A DNA stretch of 64,000 bases, from contig OX597839.1 of assembly GCA_951406725.2 (NCBI GenBank), positions 32,860,001-32,924,000 on the forward strand, read 5' to 3'. The notes beneath the pieces were generated by a model. It did not search any database, was not told the origin of the DNA, and worked only from the letters and a program-made list of their open reading frames with translations. This DNA comes from Octopus vulgaris (Eukaryota). Below, piece by piece: positions 38,817-52,465 of the stretch. Made by a program: the position numbers and the translations under genes. Position 1 is the stretch's first letter, and every line of letters starts with the position of its first letter.

Positions 38817-39475
38817 GTAATAATATCGCATCTTTTATTCGCCACAGGGGCAGCGAATAGGAGACATTACAAAGAAAAGTTGCATAACAACGGAGGTTAT
38901 TTTATTATCAAGTGACTAAAAAAAACAAAAACAAATTCCAAAATAAAATAAAACATCCCCGCCACAAAAAAAACAACAAAATAAATGACATATGAGTCAG
39001 ATCCTAATAATAAATATAAAACAATATAAAAAAAAAATTCTCCATGCCAAAAGAGATATCGGAACTCTTTCTCTCTCTCTCTCTGTTGTGTGTGCTGTTG
39101 CTATGGATACTATCCAAGGTAGATATCTGATTAATCTATCCCCACCCCAGCTCAAATATCCTATCTACAGTTCAAACACTTCAGCAACAGCAGTAGTGGT
39201 GGTCGCCGTTGTACTCGTAGCTTTTGCTGTTGTTGTTGTTGTTGTTGTTGCTGTTGTTGTCGTCATGGGTCCAGTGGTGGTTATCCAAATGGGCTGTTAT
39301 CATGAAATGAAACTGTTGTTGGCCGATCAACAAACAAGGATATTTATTGTCGCCTTGGTTACTGGGCTGTAAACATATAAACCTATAAGTTACTTGTATT
39401 GTTATATGTGTGTTTGGGGGACAGGTGTTCAACAATTGTATGTGTGTGTATATACATACATTCATACACACACAC

Positions 39476-39511
<36 letters not shown>

Positions 39512-40114
39512 GTATAAATGAAAAAAATCAAAATCGAAATCGATCAACATCAATGGAAATTGTAGCTGTGATACCAGTGCCGGTGGCATGTAAGCGAACC
39601 ATCCGAACGTTGCCAGCGCCACCCCAACTGGCTTCCGTGCCAGTGGCACATAAAATGCACCATCCGATTGTGGCCGTTGCCAGCCTCGTCTGGCCCCCAT
39701 GCCGGTGGCACATAAAAAGCACCACCAATCATGGCCGTTTGTCACTCTCGTCTGGCACGTAAAAAGCACCCACTACACTCACGGTGTGGTTGGCGTTAGG
39801 AAGGGCATCCGGCCGTACAAACATTGCCAGATCAGACTGGAGCCTGGTGTAGCCTTCTGGCTTCCCAGACCCCAGTTGAACCGTCCAACCCATGCTAGCA
39901 TGGAAAGCAGACGTTAAACGATGATGATGATGATGATATGTATATATATATATGGTGTAGGTGTGATTTTGTGGTAAGAAGCTTGCTTCCAATCCACATG
40001 GTTCCGGGTTCAGTCCCACTGCATGGCACCTTGGGCAAGAGTCTTTTGCTAAAGCTTTGAGCTGACAGAGAGACTTGTGAGTAGATTTGGTAAACACAAA
40101 CTGAAAGAAGCCTG

Positions 40115-40153
<39 letters not shown>

Positions 40154-40632
40154 CATAACATTGCTATTATGCAAAAGTGTTGTAAGTCCAAAAACATTGC
40201 TGTTTTCTCAGAAAACAAGAAAATAGTTTTGCCATTCCATAGCAAAACCGTTGTACTACACTTTGCCAATTTTTGATATCTAGCAGCTGAAAATATGATA
40301 GTTTGACCAAAAGAACCAGCTATTGCAAGCAAAAATAAATATAGGAAAAAGCACATTTGGCCAAATTTGGACATAAGGCAGTTTAACATAATAGCAACAA
40401 TATATATATATATATATATATACCAGAGTAAACACTTCAATGTAAGGTTTTTTCCTCGATTTTTATAATTTTTTTATATATATATATACATATATATTTT
40501 TGAGCTCATTTTTTTGTTTATCGCTCGAAGATTGACCGTTATTTCTAAAGGGCCAATCAAACAAGTCCATTTTTTAAAGGTGTAGCGTTTGTAAGAGTCT
40601 GGATTGAATTGATATATCGGTTCCATTCTAAC

Positions 40633-40680
40633 AAAAACTGTCTGATGAACGGCAACGAGAAACTCAGAGTAACAGATTTT
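40633..40680 (+). ncRNA. Minimal type I hammerhead ribozyme motif
   Basis: CTGT-CTGATGA-A(CG-GCAA-CG)A-GAAA-CTCAGAG-TA-ACAG: intact core, GUA triplet, CTGT/ACAG stem I. Stem II is weak (A.A at its base). Confidence 0.6.
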
Positions 40681-40709
40681 GTTGAATTTTCTGCTGCTTT
40701 AGATAAAGT

Positions 40710-40750
<41 letters not shown>

Positions 40751-41477
40751 GGGAAGGTTTACGAAAATAAACAAAAGACGAAGGCAGGTGGAGTACAAAC
40801 AAACAAATGTATTAGTATGGCGCTCAGGAATAGAAATAAAACAAGTCTCTTACGTTTCGTGCCTACGCTCTTCGACAGAAAGATACACAGAAAAGAAACA
40901 AGGAGAGAAAAAAATTGCGTGTAGGGGCTAGTGTGTGTGCATATATATATGTGCTTATATACATATATATAAATACATCCATGTATATATATATTACATC
41001 TACATATATATCTACATAAATACTATATATGTGTGGTGGGTGTGTACGTATATATACATATATGTATATACCTAATTTTAGGTGTTAGTGTTATGTACAC
41101 ATATATTCATGTGTGTGAATGTCTATATCCATGCATGTATGTGTGTGTGTGTGTGTGAATGTATGTGTCTTTAGGTCTGTGTTTGTCCCCTCCCCATCAC
41201 CTGATGTGTTTATGTTCCTGTAACTTAGTGGTTCAGCAAAAGTCACCGACAGAATAATTATCAGGCTTTAAAATGCAAAAATAAGTCCTGGGGCCAATTC
41301 CTTTGGCTAGAACTTCTTCAAGGCGGTGCCCCAGCATGGCCACAGTCTAATGACTGAAACAGGTGAAAGATAAAAGATAAAAGCTGCATATACAGACAGT
41401 TGTGCTTCCGCATGTTTGGATATGTATATATATGATAAGATAAGAGTTGTGAAGTATATTAAGTTGTAAAGTATATT

Positions 41478-41870
41478 AGGCGCAGGAGTGGCTGTGTGGT
41501 AAGTAGCTTGCTAACCAACCACATGGTTGTGGGTTCAGTCCCACTGCGTGGCATCTCGGGCAAGTGTCTTCTGCTATAGCCCCGGGCCGACCAATGCCTT
41601 GTGAGTGGATTTGGTAGACGGAAACTGAAAGAAGCCTGTCGTATATATGTATATATATATATATATGTGTGTTTGTCCCCCTAGCATTGCTTGACAACCG
41701 ATGCTGGTGTGTTTACGTCCCCGTCACTTAGCGGTTCGGCATAAAAGACCAATAGAATAAGTACTGGGCTTACAAAGAATAAGTCTCGGGGGTCGATTTG
41801 ATCGACTAAAGGCGGTGCTCCAGCATGGCCACAGTCAAATGACTGAAACAAGTAAAAGAGTAAAGAGTAA
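41478..41870 (+). mobile_element. SINE family 1, full-length
   Basis: Same sequence as the other family-1 copies. Confidence 0.85.
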
Positions 41871-42452
41871 GACTATATCACTTGAATTAAACATTACCTT
41901 TATAGAGTAACAAATGGCCCATCCCAGGGGGAAATTTTGAGTAGGCTTCCAACATTTGATATTACACACACCCCTACATATAGATATAATGGACTCTCCC
42001 GTTGAAGGCAACATACGGACGTTCACCTTGTGCTGAATGCCCTGCACGGATAATTCATTTACAGTGATGAAATGCATGTGTCGGACATAGGCCTACACCT
42101 TCTGTCAGACTGACATTGACTTAATGGGTTTTACCTTTAACCACATGTCAGGTGTTGAAGTGATTTCAGAGCAGTGTTGCTCACGAATACAGCACTCCAC
42201 CTAGTCAAGGACCAGGAAAAAAATGCAAAAATACAAACAAAACAAAAAAAAAATAAATAATAATAGTTTAACTCATTCAATGGTTTCTTACATAATTCTA
42301 AGGCAACACTGAACTTCTGTCCTGGGGCCGTCTCAGTGGTGGACTTGTTTGTCAACTTCACGGCTTTCAAACTCATTTCCTTTCCATTCATAATCCATTC
42401 TCTATGCATTGTACACACACACACACACACCTATATCTATATATTACATAAA

Positions 42453-42489
<37 letters not shown>

Positions 42490-43124
42490 ATATTTCGGAA
42501 TGGTCATATTGACAGTTTAGCCAATAGAATCTTGCACAACAAATATTTAAACCGCCTCGACTGGCTTCCGTGCCGGTGGCACATAAAATACACCAATCTG
42601 ACCGTGGCCGTTGCCAGCCCCGCCTGGCACCTGTGCAGGTGGCACATAAAATCACCCACTACACTCACGGAGTGGTTGGCGTTAGGAAGGGCATCCAGCT
42701 GTAGAAACATTGCCACATCTGACTGGCCTGGTGCAGCCTTCTGGCTTCCCAGACCCCAGTTGAACCGTCCAACCCATGCTAGCATGGAAAGCGGACGTTA
42801 ATATGATGATGATGATGATGATGATGATATATAGATATATCTATCTTTACAAACACCTACACACACACACACTATCTATACATGTTCCAATAACATAGTT
42901 TAATCAGTGACACTGTGTTAATTCTAATATGTTGCACAAGTAAAATGCATAACATATATATCTGTTTTCACCACTGCTGTTAAATGTGTTTATATACATA
43001 AATATACATACACACACACACATGCATACATATGTATAAACGAGTGTGAGTCCAAAAGTAATGCCATTTTGTTTAGGACAGGTATAATTACCAACACAGG
43101 AACATGTATCATACATCAAAATGA

Positions 43125-43340
43125 AGCTGGTCCTCTGTGGATCACATCTCCACTTCTCAAAATAGTCACCGTTTCTCTCAATAGCAATGTTCTACCTTCG
43201 AATGAGAGCATGTATCCCTGCCCCGTAAATTTCTATTGACTGTTCTTTGAGCCACTTCTTCACTACAGTTTTCACTTCCTCGTCACTGGAATAATATTTG
43301 CCTCTCAAACCCTCTTTCATGGGGTCGAAGAGATGATAGT
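43125..43340 (-). mobile_element. Mariner transposase C-terminal remnant
   Basis: DLVPSDYHLF..MKEGLRGK.YSSDEEVKTVVKKWL matches the YSPDLAPSDYHLF region. Confidence 0.8.
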
Positions 43341-43401
43341 CTGAAGGCACTAAATCATATGAATGTATGTGTGTTTGTGTGTATGTATGTATGTATATAT
43401 G

Positions 43402-43433
<32 letters not shown>

Positions 43434-43966
43434 TCCAGTGAGAGATAAATATCATATAATACAATGCTTCACAACCTATTTCCACCTGTGGTACACTTAT
43501 ATTCTTTCCAAAATTCAGTGACACACCTGAACTAAAAACATAACTAAAAGTACAGGGAAAAAGAATTATATTCAGGTTTCACTGTGGCACACTTAGCATC
43601 GTCTCATGACACACCAGTGTGCCACAGCATACCAGTCACAGGGCACTGATTTTAATATAAACAATTTACAAAATAACGACATATAATTTCATGCTTTAGA
43701 GACACAATAAATTGGCAGGTTTATATAACATGCCATGTGTCTCTCAGCACTCCAACAGTATTGACTGAGTCTGAAAGATTGTTCAGAGACACATGGTATG
43801 TTATATAAATCTGCTAATTTATTGTATCACTAAAGCATGAAACTATATGTAGTTATTTTGTAAATTATGAATATTGAATGATATATAAATTGTGGCTGTG
43901 GGGTTAGTAGCTTCCTTACCGACCACATAGTTCCGGGTTCAGTCCCACTGTGTGCTGCTTTGGGCA

Positions 43967-44390
43967 CCTGGAATTCATCCGCATAAACTTTTTCTGAAGG
44001 TAGGAGTCCAAATAATGTTTCTAAGAAATTTAGATCCTCCTAAGTTATGCAATGGGACGAAGTTGATTGTGAAGACATTATCACCAAATGAGACAGAAGC
44101 TACCATCATCACTGGATGTGCCTCTGGGGAAGTGGTTTTCATTCCAAGAATTCCAATCAAACCAACAGACATGTCCTTTGAATTCAAATGAACACAATTC
44201 CCAGTGCAACATTCCTTTGCAATGTCTATCAACACAGCTCAAGGTCTGTCTTTGAAATCTTCTGGCTTGATTTTCTCATGGTCACCTTTATGTTGGTTGC
44301 TCCAGGGAAGGTGGTTTGCAACACTTATTTGTCTGTGCTCTAAACCAGAAAACAAAGAATGTTGTTTACCCAGAAGCGCTTACGTAATTT
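43967..44390 (+). pseudogene. Helitron PIF1-family helicase C-terminal fragment
   Basis: PHKLFLKVGVQIMFLRNLDPPKLCNGTKLIV...VFIPRIP...*TQFPV..SFAMSIN.AQG.SL, and ...FSHGHLYVGCSR after a frameshift. Contains an in-frame stop and a frameshift. Confidence 0.88.
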
Positions 44391-46561
44391 CCTTCAACGT
44401 TTCTGGCAGAATTTATCTCCTTTCATAAAAATAGTAAATTTTGTATTTTCGTTTATTGTTATTATTATTATTATTTTTTATTGTTATTCTTCCAATATGT
44501 AAAGAAAAATTTCATTCCCGGGTATGAATGGATTTGCTAGATGGAAACAGAAAGAAGCCTGTCATATATATGTATGTATATATGTATGTGTGTGTGTGTG
44601 TGCATTTGTGTGTCTGTGTTTGTCCCCCTGACCCAACATCGCTTGACAACCGATGTTGGTGTGTTTACGTCCCCGTAACTCAGCAGTTTGGCAAAAGAGA
44701 CCAATAGAATAAGTACCCAGGCTTACAAAAGAATAAGTCCTGGGGGGGGGTTGATTTGTCTGACTAAAAGGCGGTGCTCCAGCATGGCCGCAGTCAAAAG
44801 ACTGAAACAAGTGAAAGAGTAAAAGAGAAAAATAAAAACAATAAAACAAAGTGTTAATCAAGTTAATTAGCTTTATTGCTGCAGAAAGTGATCTACGTCT
44901 GTGGCGCCGAATTGGGAGGTGGAGCTCTAGGAATGTGGCCTTAAAACCAAGGGATGGTTGAGCGGCAGCCTGGAAAAGGTTGGGAACCAGTGATATAGGA
45001 CACTGGCTGTGAGTTATGCGTGCTTCCAACAGTCTTTCCACCCATGACTCACCTACAGTATAACGATCAATTCTCAGTATCAAAAGCCGTATTTCGGTCG
45101 GTGACTAAATCGATGAGCCATGTGAAATGGTGCACAAAGATAGGTCATGCAACACCGCTTATTCTTTTATCATCTATCTTCAATCTTTTGTCATTTGTCT
45201 TTAGTCATTGTACTGTGTCTGTGCTGGGAAGTACCCTTCCACCACCCCACAAACACACACACATTCCAAAGGGTTGTAGTGAAACAGATCCATCCCTTGT
45301 TTTTTTTTAAGCTTGTATGTATTTTTTTTTTTATTACATTGATCATCTTTTGCTGAACTGCTATGTCACAAGGATGTAAATGGACCAACACTGGCTGCCA
45401 AGCAGTGATGGAGGACAAACACAAACACAAACACACACACACACACACACATTCATATACACATACATATATGCACAAACATACACACACAGACATACAT
45501 GCATACACACACGCATACACATACATACACACGCGTACATATATGCACAAACACACACACAGACATACACACACAGTATACATATGTGCACATGCATACA
45601 AAAACATACATACATGCACACACACACACACACATGGACACACATTCATACAGACATACACACACATGCACATATATACAAACACATATACATACATACC
45701 AACTGTATCAGACTCTTTTGCTGAACTGCAAAGTTACAGGGACAGAAACAAACCAACACCAGTTGTTAAGTGCTGGTAGTTGGGGGACAAACACAAACAC
45801 AGACACACACACTAAATATATATGTATATATATATTTTTTTAATGTAAAATGTTTACCAGCTGTGGTCATGCTGGAGCACTGCCTTTAGTCAAATTGACC
45901 CCAGGACTTGTTCTTTGTAAGCACAGTACTTATACTATGGGTCTCTTTTGCTGAACTACTAAGTTACAGGGATGTAAACACACCTACATTGGTTATCAAA
46001 CGACAGTGGTGGGGACAAACACAGACACACACACGCATATATATATAAATATATATATGACAGGCTTCTTTCGGTTTCCATCTACCAAATCCACTCACAA
46101 GGCTTTGCTCAGCACAAGGCTATAGTAGAAGATACTTGACCAAGGTGCCATGCAGTGGGACTGAACTCAGAACCATGTGGTTTGTAAGCAAACTTCTTTA
46201 TATTCTTTTACTTGTTTCAGTTATTTGACTGCAGCCATGCTGGAGCACCACCTTTAGTCGAGAACTTTGTAAACCTAGTACTTATTCTATTGGTCTCTCT
46301 TGCAATGGTCCTGGCTCTGGGCCCAGGACCACTTGGTTGGGAAGCAAGCTACTTACCACACAGCCACTCCTGCACCTATATATTTTTCTGAATGTAAAAT
46401 ATTTACCAGCCGAGAAAAGGCTGTGTCTATTAATTAATCATTAATTATTTATTAATTATTAATTAATGAACTGACCACCAAGTGCAAATTCTGACAAATC
46501 AATGTCCAGCGTGTATATTTTCTCCTCCTATTTCAGTTGGTGTTCAGACCTTCACTGAATA

Positions 46562-47180
46562 TATTTTCTACTCTATGCACAAAGGGGAGGGGGTGCAGTT
46601 GATTAGATTGACCCCAGTACACAACTGGTACTTAATTTATCGACCCTGAAAGGATGAAAGGCAAAGTCAACTTCGGCAGGATTTGAACTCAGAACGTGTC
46701 TTCTTTTCTACTCTCGTCACAAGGCTCAAAATTTTGGGGGAGTGGGGCAGTCGATTAAATTGACCCAAGTATGCAACTGGTACTTAATTTATCGACCCCG
46801 AAAGGATGAAAGGCAAAGTCAGCCTCGTCGGGATTTGAACTCAGAACATATCTTCTTTTCTACTCTCGGCACAAGGCTCAAAATTTTGGGGGAGAGGAGG
46901 GGAGGGGGCAGTTGATTAGATTGACCCAAGTATGCAACTGGTACTTAATTTATCGACCCCGAAAGGATGAAAGGCAAAGTCAACCTCGGCGGGATTTGAA
47001 CTCAGAATGTATCTTCTTTCCTACTCTCGTCACAAGGCTCAAAATTTTGGGGGAGGGGGGGGCGGTTGATTAGATTGACCCAAGTACGCAACTGGTACTT
47101 AATTTATCGACCCCGAAAGGATGAAAGGCAAAGTTGACCTTGGCGGAGTTTGAAACTCAGAACATAAAGGCAGATGAACT
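46562..47180 (-). repeat. Tandem array (4 x ~140-155 bp) of SINE family 2 3' halves
   Basis: Repeated 'ttttctactct...acaagg...gattgaccc...gaaaggatgaaaggcaaagtc...ttgaactcagaa'. Confidence 0.8.
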
Positions 47181-47621
47181 AAATATAATATTAAACACAC
47201 CTACTACATCACATCCTGTCTTTTACTGTTTACAATTTGTACTGTCGTTACTGTCCTGTTTTCACCATTTTTTACCCCTCTGCGAAAAGATCTCAGAATT
47301 TTAATTGATTTGCTTTTCGCAGGAAGGAAAGTTTTCTTGTCGAAGATACGTCTCGCTTTTATCCTTCGAAACGTAGAGTAGATGAAACCTTTAGCGACTG
47401 AAGAAGGGGTTTTTTCTTTGTGTTAATTGTCCTGTACTCTATTTTTTTTGCTGTTTTTAAATAAATGTCCAGTTCCTTGGGTTTGTGTCTATGTTTTCGT
47501 TTCTCATTGTGTTCGACGTCCTTTTGGTGTCCTGTACTCATACATGCGTGTATATGTACATGTAGGGGTTGGTACGTACATATATGTTTATATATATGCA
47601 TATGTTTTATTTTATTTATTA

Positions 47622-47654
<33 letters not shown>

Positions 47655-48277
47655 CATCACAATCAAGGAACGGCCATAATAGGCCATTCACCCACTAGAA
47701 ATAACAGCCAAAAGCTTCAACCGCAAAATAACATCAATTCCGTAAACCAGGAGAAAATTAAAAAACATTTACCCTGTAATTTCTTATACGATGCACCGTT
47801 TCATCTACTGTTTAATGGTAAACTAACCTGATTAAATTAAATCAAGCCAATCTACCATAGGCCCTTAGATTCATCAGTAAGAAATAGCCAAGTCGGAACA
47901 GATATTTTTCACGAGGCATTCTCATCCCTGCCTCGGCAATATCTGACCTAAAATTTTCAAATCATCGCACTCGCACCAAATTTATCGGCAGCAAATAAAT
48001 ATAAGCCGCCGATTCCATTACGGAACTAACCAGAAAATTCATAATTAATCAATATAGGGTAAATGTTTTTTAATTTTCTCCTGGTTTACGGAATTGATGT
48101 TATTTTGCGGTTGAAGCTTTTGGCTGTTATTTCTAGTGGGTGAATGGCCTATTATGGCCGTTCCTTGATTGTGATGTTGAACTTAAAAATGGTTTATGAC
48201 TATTTAATTTTTTTCCCACTAGGCCGCTGGTGGCAATAAGATTCTACAAAATTTTTTTGCCACCCTATATTGATTAT
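47655..48277. mobile_element. (TA)n-embedded element with ~120-bp inverted repeat and short second inverted terminus
   Basis: 47656-47775 is the reverse complement of 48056-48176. 48046-48060 is the reverse complement of 48262-48276. TA runs on both sides. Confidence 0.6.
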
Positions 48278-48296
48278 ATATATATATATATATATA

Positions 48297-48336
<40 letters not shown>

Positions 48337-48831
48337 TATTATTATTTCTGAAGAAAAGAAATCTCTTCATACACAATTAATATATAGTAATTAATTTTTT
48401 TTTTTTTTTTGTTAAAAGCAATGTGAGTCTTGCCGTTGCAGTTGTCCACCCAAGTTTTGAGGTAATCAGGTACATAATTACTAATATCCACATTCTGATG
48501 ACGAGTGAAAGAGTCCTTAGTCATTGTTGTTCAATATTTACGTTTAATATTATTCATGTGAGAAAAAAATGGGTTTCACACAAAAATATTTATTTCTGAA
48601 GCAATATGAAGATTGCTTCCTGACCACAGGATTCTGGGTTCAGTCCCAGGGAACAGCAACTTCGGTAAGCATCGTTAAGGGATTTCTTAAATGGTCAGCC
48701 CTCTATGAAAACAATAAATTTTTTCTTTAATTGACTTTGCCTTTCATCCTTTCGGGGTCGATAAATTAAGTACCAGTTGCGTACTTGGGTCAATCTAGTC
48801 AACTTCCCCCCTCCCCCTTTCTTTAATTGAC

Positions 48832-49202
48832 TTCACATGGTTCCGGGTTCAGTCCCACTGCGTGGCATCTTGAGCAAGTGTTTTCTGCTATAGCCCCGGG
48901 CCGACCAATGCCTTGTGAGTGGATTTGGTAGAAACTGAAAGAAGCCTGTCATATATATGTATATATATATATATATATGCATGTGTTTGTGTGTCTGTGT
49001 TTGTCCCCCTAGCATTGCTTGACAACCGATGCTGGTGTGTTTACGTCCCCGTCACTTAGTGGTTTGGCATAAGAGACCGATAGAATAAGTACTGGGCTTA
49101 CAAAGAATAAGTCCCGGGGTCGATCTCCTTGACTAAAGGCGGTGCTCCAGCATGGCCGCAGTCAAATGACTGAAACAAGTAAAAGAGTAAAGAGTAAAAG
49201 AG
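48832..49202 (+). mobile_element. SINE family 1, 5'-truncated
   Basis: B-box region through the tail. Confidence 0.8.
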
Positions 49203-50409
49203 TGCCTCTCCCCGACCACCACTCCAGATTTTGGATCTGGTCTGGAAATTATAAATATTAAGAAGCCATGGATTAGAATATCATGGAAAAAAAATTGCAA
49301 GACAGTTCCTTGGAGCCAAATCAATTGGCAGGAACTCAAGGAGAAGACCAAGTATGAGATGGGGATTTTAAAATGCCCCTTTCTCAACCAACAGTCTACA
49401 TCTGGAGGGGAATATGGAGAAATAAAGTTTTGCAGAGGTGAACTGATGAAGCATAACAATGCAGAAATATGTGCATCCTATGGTTGGGTGACATCATCCA
49501 CAGACTTGTGGCATGTTTTTTTCATGCATATTATCATAATCATCGTTTAGCGTCTGCTTTCCATGCTAGCATGGGTTGGACGGTTCAACTGGAGTCTGGG
49601 AAGCCAGAAGGCTGCACCTGGCCCAGTCTGATCTGGCAATGTTTCTACAGCTGGATGCCCTTCCTAACGCCAACCACTCCATGAGTGTAGTGGGTGCTTT
49701 TTACGTGCCACCGGCACAGGTGCCAGACAAGTCTGGCAAACGGCCACGATCGGATGGTGCTTTTTATGTGCCATCGGCACGGGGGCCAGGCGAGGCTGGC
49801 AATGGCCACGATCGGACGGTGCTTTTTATGTGCCACTGGCACGAGGCCAGTCAGGGCGGCGCTGGCAACGGCCACGTTCGGATGGTTCTCTTACGTGCCA
49901 CCGGCACTAGTATCACAGCTGCAATTTCCATTAATGTTGATCGATTTCGATTCTCACTTGCCTCAACAGGTCTTCACAAGTAGAGTTTTGTGTCCCAAGA
50001 AGGAAAGGTATGCATAAGTGGACTTATCAACAAAGAGAATTGTTTCTCTTGGAACAATATCTTTGAACACTGGGGTTGATGTAATCAACTGGCCCCCTTG
50101 CTGGCCTTGTGCCAAAATTTGAAACTAGTACATATCTATATTATATACATGGTTGAAAAGTCAAAGAGGGGAGGCACAGTATACCTGTGAATCAGCAAAT
50201 AAGGTGAAGCTTTTGTCGAGCCAAAGACATATTTTACTCAAGCACAGCATATTGCCAAACATCTCGGTCATTTCTCATTATCTCCATGAGGCCCAACACT
50301 CAGAAGGTGCTCTGGATGTGCCACCAGCATGGGTTCCTAGTTATGCAGCACCGGCATCGGTCACATTACCTCTGTGTAGCCCAATGTATATATATATATA
50401 TATATACAA

Positions 50410-50850
50410 TCAATAATAAAAGGGTAAAATTAATTAATTATTAATTATTTATTATTAATTAATTTTACCAAGTAGTGCAAAGCCTCATTTGTACTTTTTG
50501 AATTCGTTAGTGCTAGCGGTCGAAGATGGTTTGTCTGGGATTACTCATATCAGACGGGTATGTTCGATTTTTAGTGCTCTCAAATCCAAATCAAAAGAAA
50601 TCTTTGAGCTGATGAAGGAAATGTTGATCTCTTTATTCAACTAATCCAGAAATGGCCGTTCTCAAGTAATCTTATGTACGTGTGATCTTTTGTTATTTTT
50701 CCCTCTATACCTGCGTGAATTATTTTTGAGTATACATTGTCTGGGAGATTTCTCTTATTGTAGAAAAAATAGCTAAGATTTTTTGGCTGCTATTTCTAAA
50801 AGTTCGGTGTGTGGTAAAGTAAATTATTTTACTGAACCCTAATTATATAA
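50410..50850 (+). mobile_element. Family-A element copy
   Basis: The body aligns by eye with the reverse complement of 29010-29330. It starts with the reverse complement of the family end seen at 62700-62772. TA-rich flanks. Confidence 0.55.
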
Positions 50851-51087
50851 CGTAATATATATATATATATACATGTAGATGCAGTGTGGAATTTTCTCAG
50901 TGAACAGGTGGCGGTTTCAAAGTGACAAAAATATTTTGACAAAATAAATTTAAATGTTGAAGTGAATCTAACGGTTTTTATATTTTGAAATGGCTTAAAG
51001 ACCTTCCACACTGCAATTGTTTGTAAATATATTTCGTTTTTGGATTTGATTTGCAAGATTCTTTATATGAGTTTGTGTGTTGAAGAA

Positions 51088-51362
51088 TATTCTGTTGTGT
51101 CTGGGGAGAGTCATTCTCTTTTGTTGCCTTATAATTTAACACATTCACCAGTAAAATTTCCACTTATTTCTCTTTTATTTTTCTAAAATTTTCATTGTGT
51201 CTTGCAACATTTTCAATAGATTTTTGTCTCCTGAAACGGTTGCAAGACGCAATGAAAATTTTAGGAAAATAAAAATAGGAAATAAGTGCAAATTTTACCG
51301 GTGAGTTTGTTAAATTATAAAGCAACAAAAGAGAATGACTCTCCCCAGACACAACAGAATGC
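51088..51362. repeat. ~125-bp imperfect inverted repeat (foldback of a repeat terminus)
   Basis: 51088-51212 is the reverse complement of 51234-51362, with a ~20-nt spacer. Confidence 0.75.
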
Positions 51363-51547
51363 AACTGTTATCTATTTTTTTCCGTGTTAGTTGTAACTTA
51401 GCAGTTCGGCAAAAGAGACCGATAGAATAAGTACTAGGCTTACAAAGAATAAGTTCTGAGGTCGATTTGCTCGGCTAAAGGCGGTGCTCCAGCATGGCCA
51501 CAGTCAAATGATTGAAACAAGTAAAAGAGTAAGGGAAAAATACACAC

Positions 51548-51603
<56 letters not shown>

Positions 51604-51629
51604 ATGTGTGTGTGTATGTGTGTATATAA

Positions 51630-51676
<47 letters not shown>

Positions 51677-52035
51677 CACACACACACACACATATATATA
51701 GTTCTGAATCTAAGTGCATCAACATTAGAATGTCCCCGTCAACTCACCTACGTCTACGGTTTTGTGCAGTAGATGCAAGAAAGCACAATGCCGGATCGTA
51801 TTCAATGAAACACGAGAACTGCACACCTGAGTGTTGAGTCGTGATCAGAAGGTGCAGGTTAATTTCAAGGAAGAGCTCATGTTTACACACCTGAGGTTGC
51901 AATAACAAAGGAACACCCCAAATTTATGTCACGAATTAATGTGGCATTATAGTCTTCCTTGTTAAGTTAACTGTGCCATGTGAAAGCAATAAGGGGGTGG
52001 GCAGGTGGCAACACGAAAAAAAGGGCAGCGTACTT

Positions 52036-52199
52036 AGGCGCAGGAGTGGCTGTGTGGTAAGTAGCTTGCTAACCAACCACAATGGTTGCGGGTTCAGTCC
52101 CACTGCGTGGCATCTTGGGTACGTGTCTTCTGGTATAGCCCCGGGCTGACCAATGCCTTGTGAGTGGATTTGGTAGACGGAAACTGAAAGAAGCCTGTC

Positions 52200-52257
<58 letters not shown>

Positions 52258-52465
52258 TTGTGTGTCTGTGTTTGTCCCCCTAGCATTGCTTGACAACCGA
52301 TGCTGGTGTGTTTATGTCCCCGTCACTTAGCGGTTCGGCAAAAGAGACCGATAGAATAAGTACTGGGCTTACAAAGAATAAGTCCCGGGATCGATTTGAT
52401 CGACTAAAGGCGGTGCTCCAGCATGGCCGCAGTCAAATGACAGAAACAAGTAAAAGAGTAAAGAG
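52036..52465 (+). mobile_element. SINE family 1, full-length
   Basis: Same head, body and tail. Confidence 0.85.

Noticed and set aside
47845-47880. Minus-strand CTGATGA followed by an ATCTA/TAGAT stem (hammerhead- or SECIS-like)
   Set aside because: No GAAA after the stem, and the helix is too short for a SECIS.
48495-48520. CTGATGA-CGAGT-GAAA-GAGTC hammerhead-like string
   Set aside because: Stems I, II and III cannot be formed, so it is probably chance.
50606-50632. GAG-CTGATGA-AG-GAAA (and CTGACGA-AA-GAAA on minus at ~29225-29242) in family A
   Set aside because: Both core halves are present and conserved between the two copies, but there is no stem II and stems I/III do not pair convincingly. 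Not called a hammerhead.
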